From positions 32,001 through 96,000 of the forward strand of contig CAVRCJ010000019.1 in NCBI GenBank assembly GCA_963719515.1: a stretch of 64,000 bases of DNA, read 5' to 3'. Below the pieces are notes generated by a model. The model searched no databases and was not told the DNA's origin. It worked only from the letters and a program-made list of their open reading frames with translations. The translations under genes and the position numbers were made by a program. Below, in pieces: positions 10,579 through 20,335 of the stretch (position 1 is the first letter of the stretch; the number at the start of each line of letters is the position of its first letter). This stretch comes from an uncultured cyanobacterium (lineage in GTDB: Bacteria > Cyanobacteriota > Cyanobacteriia > CAKZMO01).

Positions 10579-11400
10579 CTACTGCTGACCGTACAGGACC
10601 TGCTGACTCGTCGCCATTGCCTGCACGACCATCGCTGGGTCAACCCACCCCCCCTGATACTTCAGTCCCCAGTGCAGATGAGGACCGGTGGTGCGCCCCG
10701 TCATGCCCACGCGACCAATGCGATCGCCCGCCTCCACCGTCTGTCCCTCCGCGATCATCAGCCCCGCTTCCCGGTCGACGAGGTAAAGCCTGCCGTCTAC
10801 CCGCTGGGCATGGCCCCGCATATGGCAGTAGATATGGGTCCAATCTCCTGATTCAACTACCACCGAGGTACCGCAGTTGCTGTTGTCGCTGACCTCTACC
10901 ACCGTGCCAGACCACCAGCTGCGAATGTAGCTGCCCGCCGGGGAGGCAATATCTAGGCCGTAGTGAAACTCTTGGCCATAGCCCCCCGTGGCGGAAGCGC
11001 GGTAGCCGAAGGGCGAGGTGTAGGCCTGAAAATTTTCGACCGGGAACGAAGCCCCTGACCACACCAATGCCGCCAGCATTGTAGGGTCGGCTTCGGTCAT
11101 CGCTTCTTCAGCTGCTTTGCCGGAGGTAGAATCGATAGCGAGATTTTTTCGCACGGGTTCAGCAGCGGCGACGGCCTTATCCGCGCTATCTGTTCCTGGC
11201 ACCGGGGCAACCATGCGAACAGGCTGAGGCAGGCGCTGCTGAGGTTTGGGCGACTCTTTCTGCCGCTCAACCAGCTCATGATGAATATCGGCGGCAGCAA
11301 TACCAGGAAGGCTCAGCCCCACCAGCAGCAGTAGCTTAGCGGCGCGGGATAGCTGTTTTCGAGCGACTAAAGCGCGAAGCGCGTCTACCGGATGGGCCAT
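10579..11400 (-). CDS. M23 family metallopeptidase
   Basis: HYGLD (HxxxD) and TTGPHLHW (HxH). Confidence 0.9.
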   Translation of the reverse strand: MAHPVDALRALVARKQLSRAAKLLLLVGLSLPGIAAADIHHELVERQKESPKPQQRLPQPVRMVAPVPGTDSADKAVAAAEPVRKNLAIDSTSGKAAEEAMTEADPTMLAALVWSGASFPVENFQAYTSPFGYRASATGGYGQEFHYGLDIASPAGSYIRSWWSGTVVEVSDNSNCGTSVVVESGDWTHIYCHMRGHAQRVDGRLYLVDREAGLMIAEGQTVEAGDRIGRVGMTGRTTGPHLHWGLKYQGGWVDPAMVVQAMATSQQVLYGQQ

Positions 11401-11760
11401 GGGGGTGGGGCTCTATCTAAGGAGGTATCTACTCTGGGCGAATTTTAGCTAAGTTTGGCTGTGAAAAGCTAGGGGGAATGCCCAACATCTACGGATATCT
11501 TTAGATGTTCTTCACAGCGGCTCTCAGAGAGTTCACTAAACAAGCTAAAGTCTACCCTCAGACTGCCTTTACCATTTCAGTAGTAGACCAATCTTGATGC
11601 AGGTTTTGATGCAGTTAATGGCACTAACCGCAGATCTTGTCCCAAATTTCGCTGATTTTGAGAATGCTGCCTCGAAGTAAGACAACAGTTCAGCGTCAGC
11701 CCTTGCGCCCAGAGCTATCTCTGCGCTTTCCCCATAGCCATTCACTACCCTTTAGAACTT

Positions 11761-12183
11761 GTGCGCAACCGATCGTCCCGAAACCGTAAGCGCTCCCAAC
11801 GGCGCGCCATTTACTGCCCGATTCACGGTATTCATCTCGACAGCGTTAGCCAAAAGCATGGCCTCTATGCCGACCGGGCCGGTCAGCTGCAGGAGCGCGG
11901 CATTGTGCGCAAGCGGGCGCTGCTGCTGCTGGCCACTCGCACAACAATCGCCATCACCGGGGAGTGGCTGGAGGCCTTTTGGTGTGACGGCTGTCAGCGG
12001 GCAACCTGGTACCACATTCATAAAACAGGCGATCGCACCTACGAAGTATCGCCCGCGCCCCGAGAGCTATGGCAGCAGGTGGGCGGCGTCATCCACCCCG
12101 ACGGCAACCCGACGGTGGGCGAATTTACCCGGCGGCATTCTCGCCGAGGCGGACCTAGGGTGAAAGACTTTCGCGGGCTTTGA
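11761..12183 (+). CDS. Hypothetical basic protein with putative zinc ligands
   Basis: CPIH and CDGC motifs; resembles a cyanobacterial hypothetical family (from recall). Confidence 0.7.
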   Translation: MRNRSSRNRKRSQRRAIYCPIHGIHLDSVSQKHGLYADRAGQLQERGIVRKRALLLLATRTTIAITGEWLEAFWCDGCQRATWYHIHKTGDRTYEVSPAPRELWQQVGGVIHPDGNPTVGEFTRRHSRRGGPRVKDFRGL

Positions 12184-12221
12184 GCGAGGTTTGAGCCGAG
12201 CCGTAGCTTTGAACAGACGTC

Positions 12222-12743
12222 TTACGGACTGACTGCTGCGATCGCGGCCTCAAACTCCTGCCGGAGAATTGACATAATGATTAGCGACCCATATCCCGCT
12301 TCCGTCTTAAAGCACTCCCGCAGCAGCCCCTCCTCCACAAACCCTGCCGCTCTGTAGATTGTCCGAGCCCGGGCATTGAATGGCTTCACGTCTAGCCAAA
12401 GTCGGTGGGCCTGGTACTGGTCAAAGGCCAGCGCTTTGACCAGGCTAATGGCTTGCTTGCCGAAGCCCTTCCCCTTCTCAGTAATGATAATGCGCCGCAG
12501 CTGAATGCTGTGATCAGGGTCCTGTAGTCCCACCATAATCAGATAGCCTACGGACGTGGCCGCCGCTGCATTGGCTTCTACGGTGAGATGGGCGATATTG
12601 GGGTCACTGAGGGCCTGCTGGTGCCGGTGTCGAGACCAGTTCATTATGAAAGGACTGTTGTCTTGATGGCTTTCGGCAGCTAAGACGTAATCTAGGTCAA
12701 GGGCCTTGGTCCTGCGCAAGTGTAAGTCAGGTGTGGTGTTCAT
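12222..12743 (-). CDS. GNAT N-acetyltransferase (RimJ/SpeG-like)
   Basis: KGKGFG, LWLDVKPFNARARTIYRAAGFVEEG. Confidence 0.85.
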   Translation of the reverse strand: MNTTPDLHLRRTKALDLDYVLAAESHQDNSPFIMNWSRHRHQQALSDPNIAHLTVEANAAAATSVGYLIMVGLQDPDHSIQLRRIIITEKGKGFGKQAISLVKALAFDQYQAHRLWLDVKPFNARARTIYRAAGFVEEGLLRECFKTEAGYGSLIIMSILRQEFEAAIAAVSP

Positions 12744-12824
12744 GTGGGTAGGCGTGGTACAGCTAGAATGCGGTACAGCAATAGCATACGCAATAGAGGT
12801 TCACGACGCAGTAGACTTTAGAAC

Positions 12825-13508
12825 ATGCCACCCCGTCTCCATCTTTTGCCCATTGTTCCGGCCAAGCGCACCCGCGCCCAAGGCTGTCAATATTTCGTTG
12901 ACGACCAGGGCAATCGCTTGCCTAGCGTCACCTCAGTACTCAACGCCACTAAGCCCGCCGAAGACCGGCAGGCCTTAGCGCGGTGGCGGCAGCGGGTGGG
13001 GGCGGAGGCGGCCAAGCAGATTTCCGGGACCGCTAGCCGTCGCGGCACGCTGACCCACAAGCACCTAAAGCAATATCTGCTGGGGGATGAGCAGCCCTGC
13101 CCAGAGGCTGCTCGCCCCTATTGGGACAGTCTACAGCCGGTGCTGCAGGATATCGACGCGGTGAGGCTAGTGGAGAGTACCGTATTTCACTACGACCTCG
13201 GCTATGCGGGGCAGGTAGACTGCGTGGCGAGCTACCGAGGGGCGGCCTGCATCTTAGACTGGAAAACCAGCGATCGCCCCAAAGAAACTGTAGAGCGGCT
13301 GCGAGACCAGCCCCTGCAGCTCGCCGCCTACTGCGGTGCGGTGAACCATACCTATGCCGGTGAAGATATTCACCTCCGCTGCGCCATGCTGGCGGTGGCC
13401 TTACCCGATCAGCCCGCTGAGGTGTTTTGGTTTACGCCCGAGGTGCTGCAGGGCTATTGGCAGCAGTGGCAGCTGCGGCTCGAGCAATTCAAGCGACGGA
13501 GGCGCTGA
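12825..13508 (+). CDS. PD-(D/E)XK exonuclease (MGME1/phage exonuclease-like)
   Basis: LPSVTSVL, RGTLTH, YAGQVDC, ILDWKTS, QLAAY motifs. Confidence 0.85.
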   Translation: MPPRLHLLPIVPAKRTRAQGCQYFVDDQGNRLPSVTSVLNATKPAEDRQALARWRQRVGAEAAKQISGTASRRGTLTHKHLKQYLLGDEQPCPEAARPYWDSLQPVLQDIDAVRLVESTVFHYDLGYAGQVDCVASYRGAACILDWKTSDRPKETVERLRDQPLQLAAYCGAVNHTYAGEDIHLRCAMLAVALPDQPAEVFWFTPEVLQGYWQQWQLRLEQFKRRRR

Positions 13509-13639
13509 CAAGATCCTGCAAGCGACGGAGGCGCTGACAAGATCCTGCAAGCGCCGAAGGCGCTGACAAGACCCTGCAAGCGCCGAAGGCGCTGACAAGA
13601 CCCTGCAAGCGCCGAAGGCGCTGACGAGACCCTGCAAGC
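13490..13639 (+). repeat. Tandem array of five 29-bp units plus 5 bp
   Basis: Unit CAAGCG(A/C)CG(G/A)AGGCGCTGAC(A/G)AGA(T/C)CCTG starting at 13490, 13519, 13548, 13577, 13606. Confidence 0.95.
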
Positions 13640-13775
13640 CCTCGAGCGCTAAATATGCGCATACTGCAGACGTCACACCTCCAGGCCAAGCTTAGATGAG
13701 AGATATCCCCCTTTGGCAGTTGTCTAGACCTGTAGGGCCCTTTAGCCTAAATAGGCCGTCTCTCCGTCTGTTTCT

Positions 13776-15662
13776 ATGACCGACCAGCTCGACCTGTTCA
13801 CCACCGCTGACCCCTACGGCTGGATGGGCAGCGTCGCGACATTTTTGGGCACCCCGCCCGACGCTTGGCTGCGCACCCTCACCCAAAACTACGCCACCCT
13901 CTACGCTCAGCAGGCCACCCAAACCCAGCGCGACGCCTGGCTCGATAGCTATGCGGTAATGCAGTCACCTTTGAAGGCGCTGACCCAAACCCGCCCCGCT
14001 AGCGCCGACTGGACCTTGATCTTCGAATACGAGCTGCCCCGCGAGGGGGGACGCCGCCCCGATCTGGTGCTGCTGGCTGAGGGGCAGATTCTAGTGCTGG
14101 AATTTAAGCAAAAGACCGCTGCCGCCGCCAGCGATCGCGACCAGGTGACCGCCTACGCCCGCGACCTGACGGACTACCACAGCGGCTGCCGCCAGCACCC
14201 CGTTACGTCTATCCTAGTGCCGACCCGGGGGACCAGCAAGAGTGACCCCAATGCCACCCCGCGGGTCCTCTATCCCAGCGAAATCGAAGCCTACTTACAG
14301 GCGCTGCCCAAAGGGGCCTCTAAAATTGACCCCGATGCCTGGGTGCAGGCCGACTACGCCCCCCTGCCCACCGTTATTCAGGCCGCGCGGCAGATCTTTC
14401 AGCACCAGCCGCTGCCCGACATCAAGCGCGCCCACAGCGCCCGCATTCCGGAGGTGATGGACTACCTGCACCAGCTCGCGGAGCGGGCAGCGGAGAAGCA
14501 GGAGCGACACTTAGTGCTAGTGACCGGTGTACCGGGGGCGGGTAAGACACTGGTGGGGCTGCAGTTTGTGCATCAGCACCCCTCGCAAGATAGCGCAAGC
14601 GCCGTCTTTCTCTCGGGCAACGGGCCGCTAATCGAAGTGCTGCAGTACGCCCTCAAAAGCAAGGTCTTTGTGCAGGCGGTGCGCAACTTCTATATCCAGC
14701 ATCAGGTGCGCCGCCAGACGGCACCGTCGGAGCATGTAATCGTGTTTGACGAGGCGCAGCGGGCCTGGGATGCGGAGCGGATGCAGGAAAAATACGGCAT
14801 TGAGTCAGCGGCGGCGGGGGCAGTCCTGAGGATTGCCCAGCGCATCCTTGACTGGTGCATCGTGCTGGGGCTAATTGGGGAAGGGCAGGAAATTCACGTG
14901 GGGGAGGAGGAAGGCACAGAGCAGTGGAATGAGGCGATCGCGTCAGTCTCGGCTGATGAGGTTTGGCAGGTTCACTGCAGCCCCGACCAGACCCGCTACT
15001 TCACCGCCTTACCCGACGGGCAAATCCACGCCGACTCGCGCTTTAACCTCACTACGTCCCTCCGCTCCCACCGGGCCAAAGACCTGCAGACCTGGGTGGC
15101 CCACCTGCTAGACGGAGACCCGGCCGCCGCTGCCCAGCTGATGCCCCAACTGCAGACAGACGGCTTCTCCGCCTACCTCACCCGCGATCTGGGCGTGGCC
15201 AAAGCCTACTGCCGCGATCGCTACGCCCACGGGACCACCAAGCGCTACGGCCTCATGGCCTCCTCCCGGGCCCGCAACCTCTCGGACTACGGCCTGCCCA
15301 ACGACTATCTGGCCACGCGCCGGGTGAGGCCCGGCCCCTGGTACATCGACCCACCCGACTCGCCCCTGTCCTGCTGCGCGCTAGAGAGTGCCGTGACGGA
15401 GTTCGGCTGTCAGGGGCTAGAGCTGGATTTTCCCGTGGTGGGGTGGGGAGACGACCTGCGCTGGGATGGGGCAACCTGGATCACCACGACGCGGCAGAAA
15501 AACGTAGCGGACCCCAGGCGGCTGCGCCTCAACAGCTATAGAGTGCTGCTGACGCGGGGGCGGGATGGGTTCGTGGTGTTTGTGCCGCCGGAGGAGAAGA
15601 TGGACCAGACCGCGGGGGCGCTGCAGGCCGCGGGACTAGCTCCCCTAGTCCATCAGCGCTGA
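13776..15662 (+). CDS. DUF2075 (Schlafen group 3-like helicase) protein with N-terminal PD-(D/E)XK-like nuclease
   Basis: RRPDLVLL..VLEFK, Walker A GVPGAGKT, Walker B VFDEAQR, CQGLELD, NSYRVLLTRGRDG. Confidence 0.85.
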   Translation: MTDQLDLFTTADPYGWMGSVATFLGTPPDAWLRTLTQNYATLYAQQATQTQRDAWLDSYAVMQSPLKALTQTRPASADWTLIFEYELPREGGRRPDLVLLAEGQILVLEFKQKTAAAASDRDQVTAYARDLTDYHSGCRQHPVTSILVPTRGTSKSDPNATPRVLYPSEIEAYLQALPKGASKIDPDAWVQADYAPLPTVIQAARQIFQHQPLPDIKRAHSARIPEVMDYLHQLAERAAEKQERHLVLVTGVPGAGKTLVGLQFVHQHPSQDSASAVFLSGNGPLIEVLQYALKSKVFVQAVRNFYIQHQVRRQTAPSEHVIVFDEAQRAWDAERMQEKYGIESAAAGAVLRIAQRILDWCIVLGLIGEGQEIHVGEEEGTEQWNEAIASVSADEVWQVHCSPDQTRYFTALPDGQIHADSRFNLTTSLRSHRAKDLQTWVAHLLDGDPAAAAQLMPQLQTDGFSAYLTRDLGVAKAYCRDRYAHGTTKRYGLMASSRARNLSDYGLPNDYLATRRVRPGPWYIDPPDSPLSCCALESAVTEFGCQGLELDFPVVGWGDDLRWDGATWITTTRQKNVADPRRLRLNSYRVLLTRGRDGFVVFVPPEEKMDQTAGALQAAGLAPLVHQR

Positions 15663-17618
15663 CACCCTTCGGCATTGGCCCAAGGCCATTAGCGGAAAGT
15701 ACTGCTGGTACATGTGGTACTTGAGGTAAAAGTGGCAGGGGAAGCCCGTGCCCGTGAAGTAGTCCTCGCTCCAGCGCCCGTCGGACAGCTGGGTCCCCAC
15801 TAAATAGCGAACGCCCTGCTCTAGAGGCTCCTTGGCCGGACGGCCCGTCGCTTCCGCCGCCGCAATCAGCCCCAGCAGCGCCCAAGCCGTCTGCGATGCG
15901 GTGCTCTCGCCCTGGCCGCGCAGCGTTGGGTCGTCGTAGCTGCGGCAGGTCTCCCCCCAGCCGCCGTCGGGGTTCTGGCAGCCTACCAGCCAGCTGGCCC
16001 CCCGCTCGATTGCCTCTCGGTGCCGCTCCGGCCTCACTAAGGCCAGGGCCGCCAGTACGCCGCTGGTGCCGTAAATATAGTTGACCCCCCAGCGCCCAAA
16101 CCACGCCCCGTCCGGCTCCTGCTCAGCCAGCAGGTAATCGAGCGATCGCTCCAGTCGCTCCGGCGCACTGCTCGGCCCCGGCAACAGCTGCGGCAGATGC
16201 TCATAGGGCTTACCGCTGTACTCTGCCCCACCCCAACCCTTGAGATAGCCCACCATCTCCACCACCCTCGCCGTCACGTCGGCGGTGTTGGGGTCGATCA
16301 TCGCCTTTAGGTCCGCGTAGGGCAGCGCGTTCAGCCACTCCTGGTCGTTGTCGATGTCAAATGCCCCCCAGCCGCCGGGCTTGCACTGCATGGTGGCAAT
16401 CCAGTCCACCGCGCGGGCGATCGCCCCCTGCTTTAAGGATTCGTCGGGCATCGTCAGCTGGCTTAAGGCCATCACCACCGTCGCCGAGTCGTCCACATCG
16501 GGGTACCAGCGATTGACAAACTCAAAGGCCCAGGCCCCAGGGCGACCCGCCCTATTTTTCACCGCCCAGTCGCCGTAGTCAATAATTTGCCGATCCAGCA
16601 GCCACTGCCCCGCCTTTACCAGCTCGGGGTGGTCTTCTGGCAGTCCAGAATCTCGCAGGGCGCGGATGCACCAGGCGGTGTCCCATACGGGGGAGACGCA
16701 GGGCTGCACGCTGTACTGCTCCTCGGTTTCGATCACAAACCGGTCTACCGCCGCTAGGCCCCGCTTTACCATCGGGTCATCTTTGTCGTAGCCCAGGGTG
16801 CGCAGCGCCAGCAGGGAGTTGAGCATGGCGGGAATGATGCCCCCCCAGTCGCCGGTCTCTTCCTCACGCTCTAGTACCCAAGCTTCGGCGGCTTTGAGGC
16901 CGCGCTGCCGAAAGGGCACCACATTAAAATTTTCCGATAGCTTAAAGAGCTTGTCCAACACCAGAAACAGGTCGCTCCAGTCGCCGCTGCGGGGAAAGCC
17001 CAAGGGGGCATTCTCTTTGCCCTCCGAGTACAGTTCATCTAGGGTGACGGCGGGCTCAGTGACAAATACTGGCTTTTGGTCAAACACAATCAGCAGCGGC
17101 ACCGTGCTGCTCCGTGCCCAGCTAGACATTTCGTAAATGGGAAAAGACTGGGGCAGCAGCATAATCCAGGGCGGAATAGAGGGCACGCCCCGCCAGTCGT
17201 AGCAGCCTACCAGCGCTAGGTGCAGCTTGGTGAATACGCGGGTTTTGGTGATGCCGCCGTGGGCCAGAATGAAGTCTTTGGCCCTGACCATATCTGGGTC
17301 CGCCGCCGGAACTCCCAGCAGCCGCAGCGCCAGGTAAGCCTCTACCGAGTTGCTCAGGTGCCCCCCGTCGCCGTAGTACAGCTCCCAGCCGCCGTGCTCC
17401 CGCTGCTGCGATCGCAAGTAGGCCTCTACCTTGTGCAGCGATCGCCCCGCGTCCGTGCCCCAAATCTTGTGCAGCAGCACCCCTTCCGCCGTAATGCTGA
17501 CGTTGGACTCTAGCTCTGCCCACCAGTAGCCCTCGGGGTGCTGCTCTCCTAATAGGTAACGCTGGCTGGCGGCGATCGCGTCGTCTAGCCCTAAGGCGGT
17601 GCGGTTTTGGGTTTGCAT
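15645..17618 (-). CDS. shc: Squalene-hopene cyclase
   Basis: YPDVDD (DXDD), SPVWDTA, QW repeats (QNPDGGWGE), GTGFP. Confidence 0.95.
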   Translation of the reverse strand: MQTQNRTALGLDDAIAASQRYLLGEQHPEGYWWAELESNVSITAEGVLLHKIWGTDAGRSLHKVEAYLRSQQREHGGWELYYGDGGHLSNSVEAYLALRLLGVPAADPDMVRAKDFILAHGGITKTRVFTKLHLALVGCYDWRGVPSIPPWIMLLPQSFPIYEMSSWARSSTVPLLIVFDQKPVFVTEPAVTLDELYSEGKENAPLGFPRSGDWSDLFLVLDKLFKLSENFNVVPFRQRGLKAAEAWVLEREEETGDWGGIIPAMLNSLLALRTLGYDKDDPMVKRGLAAVDRFVIETEEQYSVQPCVSPVWDTAWCIRALRDSGLPEDHPELVKAGQWLLDRQIIDYGDWAVKNRAGRPGAWAFEFVNRWYPDVDDSATVVMALSQLTMPDESLKQGAIARAVDWIATMQCKPGGWGAFDIDNDQEWLNALPYADLKAMIDPNTADVTARVVEMVGYLKGWGGAEYSGKPYEHLPQLLPGPSSAPERLERSLDYLLAEQEPDGAWFGRWGVNYIYGTSGVLAALALVRPERHREAIERGASWLVGCQNPDGGWGETCRSYDDPTLRGQGESTASQTAWALLGLIAAAEATGRPAKEPLEQGVRYLVGTQLSDGRWSEDYFTGTGFPCHFYLKYHMYQQYFPLMALGQCRRVSALMD

Positions 17619-17759
17619 TGAGTCACTCCTCTTCATTGACCTAGGCTGCTGCGCTGATGCAGAGCATCTTGAAAAGCCCAAGTTATAGAGTGTAGCGGGT
17701 TTTAAGCGTGAAGACGAGCCAAGATATGGCAGGGCTAGCGGAGCACTGTACCCAGCTTT

Positions 17760-18145
17760 TCAGGATGTTGGGGCGGGCTCCGGGCGCTCTATTGTTGATG
17801 TATTGGGAAATGGCGCTGCCCGGCACCCGGTGTAGCAGTCCTCGGACAGCAGCTACCGTTCCCGACACAGGCACATCGGCTTAGTTTCCCCCGCGTTGAT
17901 GCCGGACAGAACGTATTTGGCGTCAGGAACCAGCGCGTTCACGGCAACGCGGGCACAGTCGGCGGGGGTACCGTCTAATCGATGGCAATGGGCTGACCCC
18001 AAGTGAGCTGATGACTGCAGCCCGAGTGGGCCCGGGCGGGGGCAACGGTGACCGACTCGATGATGCCGCAAAGCGTGAGCGCCTGTTTGAGAGATTGAAT
18101 ACCGGGGGCGTCAATGCCGTCGTCGTTGGTGAGGATGAAAGTCAT
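17760..18145 (-). pseudogene. surE: Degraded SurE nucleotidase
   Basis: MTFILTNDDGIDAPG, then DGTPADC, SGINAG and SGTVAAV in shifted frames with a stop and deletions. Confidence 0.8.
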
Positions 18146-18154
18146 TTTGAGTTT

Positions 18155-19120
18155 TTAGCGGGCTGGCAGTCTTCCAGGGTCGATGGTGTCGCCGAGTAAG
18201 TTTAGAATGTGCTGGGCCTCTTCGGCTCGATTTTCTTGCTGTAGCAGCGCCGCCAGCGCCAGATAGGTATCCGAAACGCTAATGAACTTCTCAATCGCAG
18301 CAAGCTGCGGAGTATCACTTCGCTATGCCTCACACACTTCGTGGCTCGGCTTCGCTCAACAGCGCCCTATCGAGCGCTGTTCTCTAGACCGCAGCAAGCT
18401 GCGGGGTATGTGACCCAGAGAACTAGATAAAAAGGCCTGCTGCTGCGCCTGGGACAGGTCACGGATGTTGCGACGAATGGCTTCGCGGACTTCAACCGAC
18501 TGCTGCAGGACGTTGATTGCCTGCTCAGTTTGATTTTGCCCCACGAGGAGGATACCGATATTACCCAGCAGCGCGCCTTCTCCCGGTAAGTCTCCGATCT
18601 CCTGGGCTATGGCCAGGGCCTGCTGGTAGGCTGCGATCGCCTGCTGGTTTTGCCCAAGGTTACGATAGGCAATGCCGAGGTTTCCCAAAGCATAACTTTC
18701 TCCTCGTCGGCTTCCTATCGCACGAAGAACGACGAGCTGCTGCGCGTACAGTTCGAGGGCTTGCTGGTGCTGGCCTAGGTTATGGTGCGTAAGGCCCAAG
18801 CTCCCCAAGACGATCGCTTGGCTAGGCCGATCTCCTAACTCTCGGTAAACCTCAAGCGCCTGCTGAAAAGACTGTAGCGCCTCTCGAAATTGGCCAGCGC
18901 CTAGTTGCTCATTGCCCTGCTGAAGGCGTTGAGCTGCCTCTGCTGGTTCGGTAGCGCTCGGCTGCACGGCAGCCTTTGATAGTGCTACCGCTGGCGTTGA
19001 CAGCAGTAGCACCCCCGTCAGTACCAAAGCCGCGCTACGTCCAGAACTCCATACATTTACTGTCGGTCGAAGGATGTTGAGCCAGATGGTGTGCCAGTGC
19101 ATTGTGACGTTCTCAACCAA
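18155..19120 (-). pseudogene. TPR protein (resembles the N-terminal part of CHAT proteins) interrupted by a 144-bp insertion
   Basis: TPR repeats; the same frame resumes after the insertion as SVSDTYLALAALLQQENRAEEAQHILNLL..*. Confidence 0.8.
18283..18426 (-). mobile_element. 144-bp non-autonomous IS200/IS605-like mini-element
   Basis: Two CGCAGC-AA-GCTGCG hairpins, TTAT before the left end, TTCA right end, no TSD; removal restores the TPR ORF. Confidence 0.75.
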
Positions 19121-19212
19121 AGTACACTCGCTCCGCTAAATTTAACCTGCTCTTATGCCGCTCTCAGGCGATCGCCATAGAGTAAGCACCAGACGTTTCC
19201 CCACAAATCCCA

Positions 19213-19782
19213 ATGCGCCGCTATCTCCTCGGACTCATTCCCGCCGCCGCTCTTGCCCTAGGCCATCCCCAAAGCCCGGTGGCCTTTACCGTTCTGCCGC
19301 CTGCTCAAGCTCAAACAAACACTCCCCAGACAGACGCCGCCCTAACGCCAATGACCGCTGAGCGGCTGGACGGCATCTTGAACGACACAGCTGACGCCGT
19401 GGAGGGCAGCGCCGGACAGCGCCAGGTCTCCGTCGATGGCCAAACTCTATTAGTGCTGGTCAACGAGGAGGTTGACCGCATGCGCATCGTCGCCCCCATC
19501 GTTCCTGCCGCCGACGTTAACCCCGGCCAAATCGGCAATATCCTGGTGGCCAACTTCCACACCACCCTAGACGCCCGCTACGCCGTCAGCGAAGGCACCG
19601 TGGTCGCCACCTTCGCCCATCCGCTCTCGACGCTGCAGGACCGCGACCTGCGATCGGCGCTGCGCCAGGTGGCGAGCCTAGTGGAGACCTTTGGCAGCAC
19701 CTACACCAGCGGGGAGCTGCTGTTTGGCCCCAACGGCGAGTCCGTTGAGAGGGATGAGATCGAAGGGGGGCTGCAGATCTAG
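19213..19782 (+). CDS. Secreted hypothetical protein, possibly YbjN/T3S chaperone-like fold
   Basis: Signal peptide; RMRIVAPI..ANFHTTLDARYA motif. Confidence 0.65.
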   Translation: MRRYLLGLIPAAALALGHPQSPVAFTVLPPAQAQTNTPQTDAALTPMTAERLDGILNDTADAVEGSAGQRQVSVDGQTLLVLVNEEVDRMRIVAPIVPAADVNPGQIGNILVANFHTTLDARYAVSEGTVVATFAHPLSTLQDRDLRSALRQVASLVETFGSTYTSGELLFGPNGESVERDEIEGGLQI

Positions 19783-19792
19783 CTCAACGGCG

Positions 19793-19958
19793 ATCGATGG
19801 CAATGGGCTGACCCCGAGTGAGCTGGTGACTGCAGCCCGAGTGGGGCCGGGTGGGGGCAACGGTGACCGAGTCGGTGATGCCGCAAAGCGTGAGCGCCTG
19901 TTTGAGAGATTGAATACCGGGGGCATCAATGCCGTCGTCGTGGGTGAGGATGAAGGTC
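19793..19958 (-). repeat. Second copy of the surE 5' segment (direct repeat of 17978-18143)
   Basis: 166 bp with about 9 mismatches by eye. Confidence 0.9.
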
Positions 19959-20335
19959 TTTAATACCCCCGATATCCACAAAGCGTTGTACTCAGCAACT
20001 TGCTCAATGCAGTAATTTCACTCTTTGAGCAACTCTTTCGGGCAGCTGAGCGTCGGTTAAATTCGCGTACTCTAACGATGTTTTTCGTAAATCAGCGTTG
20101 GTAAATTTTGCGCCCGTTATCTCTACATGCTCTAGGGACGCTTCTAACAGCGTTGCGCCAGTCAAATCTGCATCTGTCAATGTCGCCCCATCTAAATTGG
20201 CTTGAGATAGGTTTACGCCGCGCAGCGTTGCGCCCTGTAGATTTACCCCTTGAAGGTATCAAACGGAAGTGTCTCCATACTCTGTCAATCGACAGACTTG
20301 GGCGCTCACTCTTTTGGCCCGCCGTGGGTATCGAA

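Noticed and set aside
13490..13639. CRISPR or TIGR-like array next to a Cas4-like nuclease
   Set aside because: The units abut with no variable spacers, the nuclease lacks the Cas4 cysteine cluster pattern, and there are no cas genes nearby
18283..18426. Self-splicing intron or IStron in the TPR gene
   Set aside because: Too short, and no group I or group II core elements were recognised
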